Virus record (IMG/VR): IMGVR_UViG_3300031963_000055
Strand: one strand, 5' to 3'
DNA length: 26,719 nt
DNA from: an uncultured virus (IMG/VR IMGVR_UViG_3300031963_000055)
Taxonomy: Duplodnaviria; Heunggongvirae; Uroviricota; Caudoviricetes
Numbering within the stretch: the first letter of the stretch is position 1; each line of letters starts with the position of its first letter. A program made the position numbers and the translations under genes. Positions 10,558-19,192 of this stretch are shown here, in pieces. The notes under the pieces were generated by a model, which saw only the letters and a list, made by a program, of their open reading frames with translations, had not been told where the DNA came from and did no database searches.

Positions 10558-10589
10558 TAAATATAACTGTTTTGGTTATTGTCTCCTAA
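10558..10589 (-). promoter_or_regulatory. Bacteroidota-type promoter for scaffold-MCP
   Basis: TTAG(10589-10586)-N20-TATATTTA(10565-10558); CAGTTATATTT core identical to the promoter at 18816. Confidence 0.5.
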
Positions 10590-10593
10590 TTTT

Positions 10594-10619
10594 AAAAGTT
10601 AGACAGTTAACTAACTTTT
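10594..10619 (-). terminator. hairpin / probable terminator after ferritin
   Basis: aaaagttag / ctaactttt inverted repeat, AT-rich. Confidence 0.4.
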
Positions 10620-10629
10620 TATAGCTTTA

Positions 10630-11154
10630 TTATCCTTTTAATTCTGTATCAAATAATCTCATTGCTATCTTATCTTCACCAAAAGCTTCTAATTTATCTA
10701 TATAAGTTTGAACTTTTCCTAGTTCTTCTTGTTGTTCAGTTAAGAATTTCATAGCTAATTGATATAATAAATGATTACCATATTTCATAGCATGTGAAGC
10801 TAATTCATTACATTGTTGAGTAACCATTATTTCATGAGCAAATGATTGTCTAATAATATCAGGTAATCCAGCAAATACTTGAGGAGGTTCTTTTAAAGCC
10901 GGTAACTTTGGAGTTACTCCCATATCTAAAAGAAAATCTTTAGCCCATTGAGCATGTTTCATCTCATCTTCAGAATCCTTTAACCAGGCTGAAGCTGCTC
11001 CAGTATATCCATGATCATTTAACCATAAAGACATTATTTGATATAGCCGACTAGAATATTCTTCTTGCTCAATTCTATAATTTAATATATCAATGCATTC
11101 TTTAGATGCAAAAGGGTTTTTAACCCCACCAAGTTTTACTTTAGGTACTTCCAT
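10630..11154 (-). CDS. ftnA: ferritin (FtnA-like)
   Basis: EEYSSRLYQIMSLW...GAA...EDEMKH...HEIMVT...EQQEE matches the bacterial non-haem ferritin pattern (ELYSS.LY..MS.W, EEM.H, HE..IT, EQ.EE). Confidence 0.85.
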   Translation of the reverse strand: MEVPKVKLGGVKNPFASKECIDILNYRIEQEEYSSRLYQIMSLWLNDHGYTGAASAWLKDSEDEMKHAQWAKDFLLDMGVTPKLPALKEPPQVFAGLPDIIRQSFAHEIMVTQQCNELASHAMKYGNHLLYQLAMKFLTEQQEELGKVQTYIDKLEAFGEDKIAMRLFDTELKG

Positions 11155-13733
11155 TATTTTTTAGGTTTATTAGATTTAGCTTTAGCTGCGGCCAACTTCA
11201 TACGTTCTATCTCCATCTTTTTATTCATCATATCTTTATCTAAAGCAGCTTTCTTATTAGCTAATTCAATTTGATTCTTATTTTGAATTTTAATTTGTTC
11301 AAGTTTCTTATTTTCTAGATCTTGTTTCATTCTAATCTCTTTATCTTTTTGAGCTAACTGAGCATCATGTTTAGATTTATCATGTCCAATCTTAGATTGT
11401 TCTAAGAATGCTTTAGATGATAATTCTTGTTGTTTTAATGCATTAGCCGCAATCTCTGAAGGATCAGGGATACCATTATCATTTTGATCTAAATCTTGTT
11501 GTCTAGCAAATACACCAATCTCAGCAATTTGAATTTTTGTAGAATTATTAGCTTCAGCAATATATCTTTCTTGATCAAGTTTTAAATGATCTAATTCAAC
11601 TTGTTCAGCATGCATTTGTTGTTGAATAGCTTCAACTTTCATTTCATGCTCTTGTTGAGCTTTAGAACTATCAGCTTGACGTTTATAGAACTCCTCTTCT
11701 TTACGTTGTAACAATCTTACAATATCTCTAGGAGAATCATTCATTAATGTTTCAACTATTGAAGATAAATCTATTTTTTCAGACTGTAATGCTACTTGAA
11801 CTAATTGGTCTAACTTAGCTTTTAATTCAAGATCTTTAGTATTGTTAGTTACAAATACATTAAACTCTGAATTCTCAAATTCATTCTCTTCTAGGTTAAG
11901 CATCTCAATACCCATATCATCTAAGACATACTGAGCAACTAATCCTTTCTTATAACATATCTTAGCAACTTCAATCATTGCTGTATAGGCTCTACGTTTA
12001 ACTTCAGCATGAGCTTCGTACAAATATTCAGTAATTAATGATGATTGATTAACAGATCTTTCTACATTACCAACTAGTTCAGAGTTATTAATAGCACCTA
12101 AACGTTGAGGTGTAACACCAGATACAAAGGCTACTTGTTGTTTAATGTAATCCAACATATTGATATATTGTTGAATAGATTGACTAAGACTTAAATCAAT
12201 TGCTTGAAACTGATTAAACTTGTTGGCCAATTGTCCTGTAGCAGCACCTTTCTTACCTTCCTCAAATGAGTTAATGAATGCAATATTCATCTCTTTAAGA
12301 TAGTACATCCACTTATCAATATCGATACCTTGACTTTGAGGTATCTGAGCTAAGTCCATGATGAACTTCTTACCTTGATCTGAAGCAAATGCTATCTCTA
12401 ATCTATAAGATATAATATCATATAAATATTGATAAGGTTTTAATCTGTCAATTAAACTAACTGATTGAGAGTTAGTAGCTTCATATATAAATCCTGTATA
12501 ACCTAATCTGCAGTAGTATGGATTATCCAATCTACGTCTTTGGTTAGGTTTAGGTTTAATGTCTGTAAATATATCTAATCCAATTTTAACACCTTCCCAA
12601 GCTTCATTGATCCAATACCATTCTACTTTAGCATCAGGGAAAGCTTCTTTAAATATTCTAGTATTAAAGAATTCATCTACAATCTCTGTATTAACAGTTC
12701 CTTCTTCATCAGTCCAAGTTAACTCACCAATCTTCTTCATTGATTTCCATTCAACTCTAGTAACTCTAATAGAATAGTTATTACTATTATTTCCATTATA
12801 AGCATTAGTTGGAGTAACTCCTGCAAAAGCATTTTGTCCATTAACTACATCAAACTGAGGTTCAAATCCACCTGCTGTATTAAAAGAACCAAAGGTCCCT
12901 CTAGTATAATTTTCTAATTTCTCTATATCTGCTTTAGATAGAATATCACCATATTCATCTAAAATAGTATTGATGGCCAACATACGTTCTTCAACTACTG
13001 CTATAGCATCATCAATAAAAGTAGTATCTCCATCTAGTATCACAGTTAAGTTAACTGGATTAACTCTACGCATAGCTACTTCATCATTCTCAATACCTAC
13101 CCAATAAATCTCTTCTCCAGCAATTAAAGCATCTTTCCATCCTTGAGAAAATAATAATCTAGTATTACATTTCTTCTTTAAAGACTTAAGAATCTTGTTA
13201 GCTTTAGATTCAATTATATCCGACGGTGTATATTTTTCATGCTTGATAATTTCTTCCGGTGGAGGTGGTGGATTATTAGGATCTGCATTAGGATCAATTT
13301 GATAAGCCAAACCTTGTTGTAAAGCCTGGAAAATCTTTTCCTTAATTGCTGAAGTCTTTCTGTTAATATCATCTGGAGATTCAGATACCACAATATGATT
13401 ATCTGGACGTTTAGTTTCCTCACCAATAAGTAACTTAATTGGTTCAGAGATGATGTCATAATGTTGAAATCTAGCGGGAAATGTATTTGAAGTATTGATA
13501 CCCAATGGATCACATATAGTTTCAATATCCTTATGGTTGACTTTACCATTATATAAATCGTAGTTAATTAACTTTCTAAGTCTATCAGAACGCAGATTAC
13601 TACCATTAGTATATCTGTAATTTGAATAATAATTAATGCAAGACTTACCCCACTCTTTGTCTTTGCTAGACATAGGTAACTTTTGTTGTGGTAAATTCTG
13701 ACCACCTAAATTGGCGTATATATCTTGACTCAT
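11154..13733 (-). CDS. portal protein
   Basis: 859 aa directly after the terminase; crAss-type motifs NYDLYNG, LLIGEE, WINEAWEG, LKPYQYLY, SGVTPQRLG; long C-terminal coiled coil with DQNDNGIPD. Confidence 0.9.
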   Translation of the reverse strand: MSQDIYANLGGQNLPQQKLPMSSKDKEWGKSCINYYSNYRYTNGSNLRSDRLRKLINYDLYNGKVNHKDIETICDPLGINTSNTFPARFQHYDIISEPIKLLIGEETKRPDNHIVVSESPDDINRKTSAIKEKIFQALQQGLAYQIDPNADPNNPPPPPEEIIKHEKYTPSDIIESKANKILKSLKKKCNTRLLFSQGWKDALIAGEEIYWVGIENDEVAMRRVNPVNLTVILDGDTTFIDDAIAVVEERMLAINTILDEYGDILSKADIEKLENYTRGTFGSFNTAGGFEPQFDVVNGQNAFAGVTPTNAYNGNNSNNYSIRVTRVEWKSMKKIGELTWTDEEGTVNTEIVDEFFNTRIFKEAFPDAKVEWYWINEAWEGVKIGLDIFTDIKPKPNQRRRLDNPYYCRLGYTGFIYEATNSQSVSLIDRLKPYQYLYDIISYRLEIAFASDQGKKFIMDLAQIPQSQGIDIDKWMYYLKEMNIAFINSFEEGKKGAATGQLANKFNQFQAIDLSLSQSIQQYINMLDYIKQQVAFVSGVTPQRLGAINNSELVGNVERSVNQSSLITEYLYEAHAEVKRRAYTAMIEVAKICYKKGLVAQYVLDDMGIEMLNLEENEFENSEFNVFVTNNTKDLELKAKLDQLVQVALQSEKIDLSSIVETLMNDSPRDIVRLLQRKEEEFYKRQADSSKAQQEHEMKVEAIQQQMHAEQVELDHLKLDQERYIAEANNSTKIQIAEIGVFARQQDLDQNDNGIPDPSEIAANALKQQELSSKAFLEQSKIGHDKSKHDAQLAQKDKEIRMKQDLENKKLEQIKIQNKNQIELANKKAALDKDMMNKKMEIERMKLAAAKAKSNKPKK

Positions 13734-15823
13734 TGGTTTGTACTTGTGTTAAATTGGGAATTCTTCCTATTAAATATAAGGCCTTTTTTATAAATTCTTT
13801 CTAAGTAATTACTAATAGGGTTAGCATCATTTGATAGCTCTTCTACATGTATTCTATGTAATTCATAGGTTTGTAAAATACATAGCATTAACGCAATAAC
13901 TCTATCTGTATTTATTTCTCTATCATAAGCTATTAACTCTTTTAGCAATGGTATAGATTTAATAGTCTGAAATCTAAGTTGTTTAGTTCCTTCTACCTCA
14001 CCATTAATTTCCTCATATAACCATTTCTTAAGATATAACTCACACTGATCTTTAATACCCGCCGCACCTCCAGATCCTCTATTCATATGGATACCATATC
14101 CACGTTGAACTCTAGAATCCTTAATCATATCCTTAATAATACCAGGTTGTTCACACATATATTGTAGAGAGTTCTTTTGTTCAAAGTATACCTTTAAACC
14201 TTTTAACTGGTTCTCATACAATACTTTAGAGTTATAATACATACATAGTTTTCTACATACTTCATAAAACTCTTCTGCAGTATCTGGTCTAGATGTGTAT
14301 TCAGCAACTATAATATCATGAGTTCTATCCGCTCTATAAAATCTCTTATAGACAAAGAATGAGCCTAGAGATCCAGATTCTGATTTATCTTGATCATAAG
14401 GGTCACATCCTGCAATATATAAGTAATTAGGTATCTCACCATTCTCATGTTTCTCAGGGTGTTCCCAAATCACTGCACAGCCATTTGTAGAGAATGATTC
14501 TCCTGACTTAGGATCTTTTCTTAAAGGGAAGTCTGTAATATGAACTAAGTCATCATTAGGTCTCCATTTAACATATCCATCATCAAAGAATAGTTCACCT
14601 TTCTGAGCTTGACCTCTAAGACTAGGAGTATTCTCTAAATGACCTAACCATTCTAACATCTCTGGAGAACCAAAGACATTACCTTTATTTCTTAAAAAAG
14701 CTTCTTTCCAAGTACAAGGGAATTGAGTAGTAATATTATGAATTGCTTTAGGATCTAAACCATGTTTAGCCTTAGCTCTTAAAAAGTCAATATCATCTTG
14801 AGCTGCTTCATAGTTAGAGTTACCATCTTCATCAACCATAGGTTTTTTATACCATTTAGATTCTGGATTAAGACATAAGCCTAATCTGCCTTTTGTAGCT
14901 GAACTAAAGAACCCTATCCTGCCATTAGGATTAAATGGATCCTCAAAATCTAACATGTTGTATTTTTCAGGATTAGTAAACATCTCATAGAAATACTTAC
15001 TCCCTGAATCCATGTCTCCAGAAGATCCAAATAACAGAGCTACACCTGTGTATGTACTACCGTCTTTTATAAGGGGTTCAGAGTAACCATATGCATCTAC
15101 AATGTTTCCAAAAACACCGCATTCGTCGAGGATTAACCAGTTAGCACTAAGCCCAACACCACTAGTAGGATTATCTTTGTAGCTAATGGCACGCACTTCG
15201 GAATTAAACCCCTTCCACACCTTAACCCCGCTAACAGTTGCCTGATACCTTGCCTTAATAAAGTCTTTAAGGTCAGGATTTCTTTGCTTTCTGAATTCAG
15301 TATTCATATTGATAAAATTTGAATTATCAATAACCATATTCATAGTGTTTTGACTAAAGGTGCTGTAAAAAGCACCTATAATTGCTTTACTATCTGGATA
15401 GAAATAGAATTCATGTGTACATATTGCTGCAGCTTTGTAAGACCAACCTTGACGACGACCTTTTACAGCAACTAGTGATTTTTGATTTAGTCTACAATAT
15501 TCTACCATGTGGAAGAATTCATAATCTAAATCTATAAATCTAGGAAAGATTTTAGATTTCTTTCCAGTCTTTTCATTAAGACCTAATATTGGACAGAAGT
15601 TTAAATAGAAAAAATGTTGACCAGTAATATGTTGCCCACAAGAGTTAGTAAATCCATTTAAACATTTATCTCTAACATCTTGCCAGAACTCTACATATTC
15701 TATAGTTCCTGGAATAGAGTTAGTATATAATCCTGTTCTATTATATTGTTCAGCAAGATATGAAAACTCTTTAGTATTCTTAAAGTAGTCTACACATATT
15801 ACGTATTTATTGTCATTCAGCAT
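13730..15823 (-). CDS. terL: terminase large subunit
   Basis: Walker A-like KGRRQGWS, Walker B LILDE, nuclease motifs IAGCDPY, LYEN, TDRV; ATGA overlap with the portal gene. Confidence 0.93.
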   Translation of the reverse strand: MLNDNKYVICVDYFKNTKEFSYLAEQYNRTGLYTNSIPGTIEYVEFWQDVRDKCLNGFTNSCGQHITGQHFFYLNFCPILGLNEKTGKKSKIFPRFIDLDYEFFHMVEYCRLNQKSLVAVKGRRQGWSYKAAAICTHEFYFYPDSKAIIGAFYSTFSQNTMNMVIDNSNFINMNTEFRKQRNPDLKDFIKARYQATVSGVKVWKGFNSEVRAISYKDNPTSGVGLSANWLILDECGVFGNIVDAYGYSEPLIKDGSTYTGVALLFGSSGDMDSGSKYFYEMFTNPEKYNMLDFEDPFNPNGRIGFFSSATKGRLGLCLNPESKWYKKPMVDEDGNSNYEAAQDDIDFLRAKAKHGLDPKAIHNITTQFPCTWKEAFLRNKGNVFGSPEMLEWLGHLENTPSLRGQAQKGELFFDDGYVKWRPNDDLVHITDFPLRKDPKSGESFSTNGCAVIWEHPEKHENGEIPNYLYIAGCDPYDQDKSESGSLGSFFVYKRFYRADRTHDIIVAEYTSRPDTAEEFYEVCRKLCMYYNSKVLYENQLKGLKVYFEQKNSLQYMCEQPGIIKDMIKDSRVQRGYGIHMNRGSGGAAGIKDQCELYLKKWLYEEINGEVEGTKQLRFQTIKSIPLLKELIAYDREINTDRVIALMLCILQTYELHRIHVEELSNDANPISNYLERIYKKGLIFNRKNSQFNTSTNQ

Positions 15824-15824
15824 A

Positions 15825-16133
15825 TTAAAACATTATATGTAATTCATAACCATCTACAGCAGATGCTGAACATCCATTTTTATTTTTAAAAGGACTACAT
15901 ACACCTTCAAGATATGATAATACTTTTATGTCTTCAGGTTTTAAGTTATATTGTTCTAATGTTTTTAATTCATTATCTAATATCCAACTTTGATTTCCTT
16001 TAAAATTAATTTCTATTGGTGTATTATTACAACCAATAACTAACATGTATCTTTTTATATTTTTTAAATCTAATCCTTTTTTAGATTCATTTAATAAAAA
16101 AGTTGAATAATGATTTTCTTTTGTAAATTCCAT
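15825..16133 (-). CDS. small protein with MCP-like N- and C-terminal segments
   Basis: FTKENHYSTFLLNE resembles MCP 17-30; YLEGVCSPFKNKNGCSASAVDGY resembles MCP 431-454. Confidence 0.75.
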   Translation of the reverse strand: MEFTKENHYSTFLLNESKKGLDLKNIKRYMLVIGCNNTPIEINFKGNQSWILDNELKTLEQYNLKPEDIKVLSYLEGVCSPFKNKNGCSASAVDGYELHIMF

Positions 16134-16135
16134 AA

Positions 16136-16657
16136 TTATTTATCTTCAAACATTCCAAGCTGAGCATCTCCTCTAACTTTATTACCAGATGATTGTTCTT
16201 TATTACAATTATCTAAAGCTGATTGAACAGCTTCTTGCATCTTAGGCATATCTATAATTGCCTTTTGAATTTTAGTAATACTATCCTCATTGTATTCTGC
16301 AGTCTTAAAGAACTCCTCCATTTTACCAATAGATTCTTGAACAGCTTTAAACAATCTCATTGCAGGAGTAGTATGTATTTTATCGTACATATTAATACAA
16401 GCTAAAAGTTCTTCCGTCATTTTAAACTTAGGTTCTTTTAAAATATGATCTACAATTAATTTATGCTTATCTACATTACTATGTTGGAAGAATGGTGATT
16501 TAAATGAAGCATAATACCAAGTGTATTTAATTATGTTAAATGCATGAGTTTTATCTTTAGATTTATCTTTCTCCCACACAGATTTGAATGGTTCTATAAC
16601 CAAACATTCTGGAGCTACAATAATCTTACTATCTTTTAAATCTATTATTTTAATCAT
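16136..16657 (-). CDS. helical protein upstream of terL; candidate small terminase subunit
   Basis: 173 aa, helical, near terL; function inferred from position only. Confidence 0.45.
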   Translation of the reverse strand: MIKIIDLKDSKIIVAPECLVIEPFKSVWEKDKSKDKTHAFNIIKYTWYYASFKSPFFQHSNVDKHKLIVDHILKEPKFKMTEELLACINMYDKIHTTPAMRLFKAVQESIGKMEEFFKTAEYNEDSITKIQKAIIDMPKMQEAVQSALDNCNKEQSSGNKVRGDAQLGMFEDK

Positions 16658-17061
16658 TAATTTTTTAATCTTTTAAATTTAGTATAAGCTTTTTCAAAAA
16701 ATTCAATTGTTTCACTTAATAAATACCCTTGTAGATAAGCATAAGTTTCATTGGCATCTTTTTTCTTAAATATTATATTTTTATGTTCTAAAATATCTTG
16801 AGTTAAATGTAATAATTCATGACCTATTGTATCAAAGTAATATTTTTTATTTACATCATATTTAACAATTAATACATGTAATCTAGTCTCATATTTAGAA
16901 GTAAATTTATTAAAAACACACCCTCTACATTCAATAAATTCTTCATCAATGTCATATTGTGTTTTTAAATCTTTTTTAACATTGTTAAAATTATCTATGA
17001 CATAGACACTAACAAGACAACCATATATAGGTATTATTAATTCTTTATGCATATGTATCAA
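16657..17061 (-). CDS. zincin-like metallopeptidase
   Basis: HEXXH motif (GHELLH) and downstream NETYAY third-ligand motif. Confidence 0.7.
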   Translation of the reverse strand: MIHMHKELIIPIYGCLVSVYVIDNFNNVKKDLKTQYDIDEEFIECRGCVFNKFTSKYETRLHVLIVKYDVNKKYYFDTIGHELLHLTQDILEHKNIIFKKKDANETYAYLQGYLLSETIEFFEKAYTKFKRLKN

Positions 17062-17335
17062 ACTCTACAATAATAGGATTATTTGTTTTTATAGGACATC
17101 CATCAATACATGTTGTCTCATCTTTAAGATTTAAAGATTCTAATAATACTTTTATATCACGATATTTAAAATAGATATTTCTTATCATATTTTCTCTAAA
17201 ATTAAATTTTGCAGATTCCATTGAATAATGCCCCCAATAAAAGCTTAATGTGTTTGTTTTACGATCAACATAACCTGTTAAAAAGGTTTTATCTTTATAT
17301 ATTGCATAATATATTACTAATATCCAGTATCTCAT
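17045..17335 (-). CDS. hypothetical protein, weak similarity to MCP N-terminal region
   Basis: 96 aa, overlaps its neighbours; YKDKTFLTG vs MCP YKNALSFLTG. Confidence 0.5.
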   Translation of the reverse strand: MRYWILVIYYAIYKDKTFLTGYVDRKTNTLSFYWGHYSMESAKFNFRENMIRNIYFKYRDIKVLLESLNLKDETTCIDGCPIKTNNPIIVEFDTYA

Positions 17336-17601
17336 TGTCCTAATCCTTTAATAGTAATTGGTGTAAAGTAATTATCTCTTAACTTCTTATAAGGCATATT
17401 AATCTTATAGTATTCAGTATCATATTTACAAGTAGTAAACTTAGGTACAACCTTACCAGAAGGATTCATATGTTCTTCTATCTGCATACCCTCAGTAATG
17501 AATAGCTTCTTTTGAAATATTCTTTCTGGGACATATCTTGCAATAGATCTACCTCTTTCCTTTATAGGTAATTGAGATATGACTTCTAGTTCTATTATCA
17601 T
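17332..17601 (-). CDS. hypothetical protein
   Basis: 89 aa, ATGA overlap with the downstream gene. Confidence 0.6.
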   Translation of the reverse strand: MIIELEVISQLPIKERGRSIARYVPERIFQKKLFITEGMQIEEHMNPSGKVVPKFTTCKYDTEYYKINMPYKKLRDNYFTPITIKGLGQ

Positions 17602-17602
17602 A

Positions 17603-17830
17603 TTATTTTAAGTCTTTACTGAATAACCATGTTGAATAAGAATAAAATGAATCATTATCTTTTAATTTGATTATAATAAACATTTTAAGTTTCATTTTAC
17701 GTAATTTGGGTTTAACTAAAGATATTACTTTATTTGCTAATTCTGTATCTATTTCTTTAAATAATTTAAAAGAATGGTTTTGAGGTACATTTAAAGTATC
17801 TGTAGTATAAACTTTTAATTTATTTACCAT
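17603..17830 (-). CDS. hypothetical protein, weak similarity to portal 170-200
   Basis: Start probably ATG at 17830 (short overlap with the upstream stop); 17845 is also possible. Confidence 0.5.
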   Translation of the reverse strand: MVNKLKVYTTDTLNVPQNHSFKLFKEIDTELANKVISLVKPKLRKMKLKMFIIIKLKDNDSFYSYSTWLFSKDLK

Positions 17831-18024
17831 TTGTTCATTGGACATTTAGAATATTCTGACCTTGTTTTAGCAATTAAAGGACACCCACATTGTGAGCAAG
17901 TATTGTTAATATTGTAAAAACAATTTGAACAAACTACTGCTCTGTCCATAGCTATCTTTTCTACTTTAGGATTTTCCCAAATTACATTGGACCATCCTGA
18001 AATAATTTCCATTAATTTACTCAT
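17824..18024 (-). CDS. small Cys-rich (zinc-binding) protein
   Basis: R..C..C.......C..CGC....K......CP..KW pattern. Confidence 0.7.
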   Translation of the reverse strand: MSKLMEIISGWSNVIWENPKVEKIAMDRAVVCSNCFYNINNTCSQCGCPLIAKTRSEYSKCPMNKW

Positions 18025-18250
18025 CTGTCTTAAGTTTTAATCGTTTAATATAATCTTGATTGTAAGCAGTAGGTCTAAACTTACCTAAGTAAATTAACTG
18101 AACTACTTTACCCTCTCTATTACTCATAGTATTTCTAATTACTCTGAACTGTGAGTCACATATTCTTTCAAGTTCCATTTTAGATAATGTAAAGTCACCC
18201 TTAATTTCATCCAATATTTCTTCATAGATATTACTTTTTGTTGAGTTCAT
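18017..18250 (-). CDS. HU/IHF-like DNA-binding protein
   Basis: Two helices then KVVQLIYLGKF, resembling the HU/IHF V.L.GFG.F strand; such genes are typical of crAss-like phages. Confidence 0.6.
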   Translation of the reverse strand: MNSTKSNIYEEILDEIKGDFTLSKMELERICDSQFRVIRNTMSNREGKVVQLIYLGKFRPTAYNQDYIKRLKLKTDE

Positions 18251-18408
18251 ATTTTACCTTCTCTATCACTAGTTATATTAAAATGTTTGTCAAATTCTTC
18301 AATTTTCATATCCATAATAATACCATTTAAACCCATATTTATAAGTTTATTTCTATATGAAAATACTTGAGATTGTAATAATAAATAATCTTTTAATAAC
18401 TCTTCCAT
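18247..18408 (-). CDS. 53-aa ORF not in the supplied track
   Basis: MEELLKDYLLLQSQVFSYRNKLINMGLNGIIMDMKIEEFDKHFNITSDREGKI; TAATG overlap upstream and ATGA overlap downstream fill the gap exactly. Confidence 0.7.
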   Translation of the reverse strand: MEELLKDYLLLQSQVFSYRNKLINMGLNGIIMDMKIEEFDKHFNITSDREGKI

Positions 18409-18728
18409 TATACAAAACTTAAATTAACTGAATCATGTTTTAAAATATGTAGAATATTAGGATTAACTTTAAGGGTTAGTCTATCTACTTGTTGTAATAC
18501 TTTCTTAGTAACTAGTTTTTTAATATAGTTATTAAAATTAAACTTATCCATATCTAAGAACATACGAACATCTGTTCTAGTATTCTTATCAATAATAGTT
18601 ATCTGCTTATCAGCAATAACAACTAAGATCTCAATCTCTTTATCTGTTAAGTTACCCATAATAGGATTCAACATCTGAATAAGATATTTAGTTTTTTGAG
18701 CTATGGGAAGTTTAAGTTTGAATTCCAT
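18408..18728 (-). CDS. winged-helix DNA-binding protein
   Basis: LTDKEIEIL...DVRMFLDMDKFNFNNYIKKLVTKKVL, MarR-like HTH pattern. Confidence 0.6.
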   Translation of the reverse strand: MEFKLKLPIAQKTKYLIQMLNPIMGNLTDKEIEILVVIADKQITIIDKNTRTDVRMFLDMDKFNFNNYIKKLVTKKVLQQVDRLTLKVNPNILHILKHDSVNLSFV

Positions 18729-18811
18729 TATTTATCATCTTCAAAATAAGCAGAAATTAATACACTTAATCCTATTACTATAAGTACTAAATTTAAATCG
18801 TTTAATTCCAT
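18728..18811 (-). CDS. 27-aa single-TM peptide not in the supplied track
   Basis: MELNDLNLVLIVIGLSVLISAYFEDDK; TAATG coupling to the next gene; ATG at the predicted transcription start. Confidence 0.6.
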   Translation of the reverse strand: MELNDLNLVLIVIGLSVLISAYFEDDK

Positions 18812-18815
18812 ACAT

Positions 18816-18847
18816 CAAATATAACTGATTTAATTATAATAACCAAA
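18816..18847 (-). promoter_or_regulatory. Bacteroidota primary-sigma promoter (-33/-7)
   Basis: TTTG(18847-18844)-N20-TATATTTG(18823-18816), an exact match to TTTG-N19-21-TAnnTTTG. Confidence 0.75.
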
Positions 18848-18868
18848 TAAATTATATAACTAAGTTAA

Positions 18869-19192
18869 TTATCTAGTTATTCCATATTGTATCAATTTAT
18901 GGGAATCTGGATGCATTGTTAAATATCTAACTACTTCCTCATAAAATACAGATTGAAATACTTCTAAATGGTCTACTGTTAGATCATAATTCTTTCTTAA
19001 AACAACTTTATTAAATCCTATATCAATTTTAGTTGGTTTATACCATAAAGTAAAACATACCCCTTTACCTTCATTTGTTGTCCATTCATCTATTTCAAAT
19101 CTACCATATCCAGGTTTAGATCTTACTTTGCTATCAGCATCTTTGTTTACTATATCTAATAGTTGTTGTATAAACTCTTTACTTATTTCCAT
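18869..19192 (-). CDS. small protein resembling part of the terminase nuclease domain
   Basis: Start revised to ATG at 19192 (leader AAAATAAAAATT); aligns by eye to TerL about 465-532. Confidence 0.6.
   Translation of the reverse strand: MEISKEFIQQLLDIVNKDADSKVRSKPGYGRFEIDEWTTNEGKGVCFTLWYKPTKIDIGFNKVVLRKNYDLTVDHLEVFQSVFYEEVVRYLTMHPDSHKLIQYGITR

Noticed and set aside
7919..15823. Introns or inteins in terL, portal or MCP
   Set aside because: Continuous ORFs of expected size; no intein or homing-endonuclease motifs seen
5145..16405. Plus-strand ORFs 5145-5357, 12559-12777 and 16223-16405, and minus-strand 13214-13549
   Set aside because: Fully nested in well-supported genes, with no leader or motif
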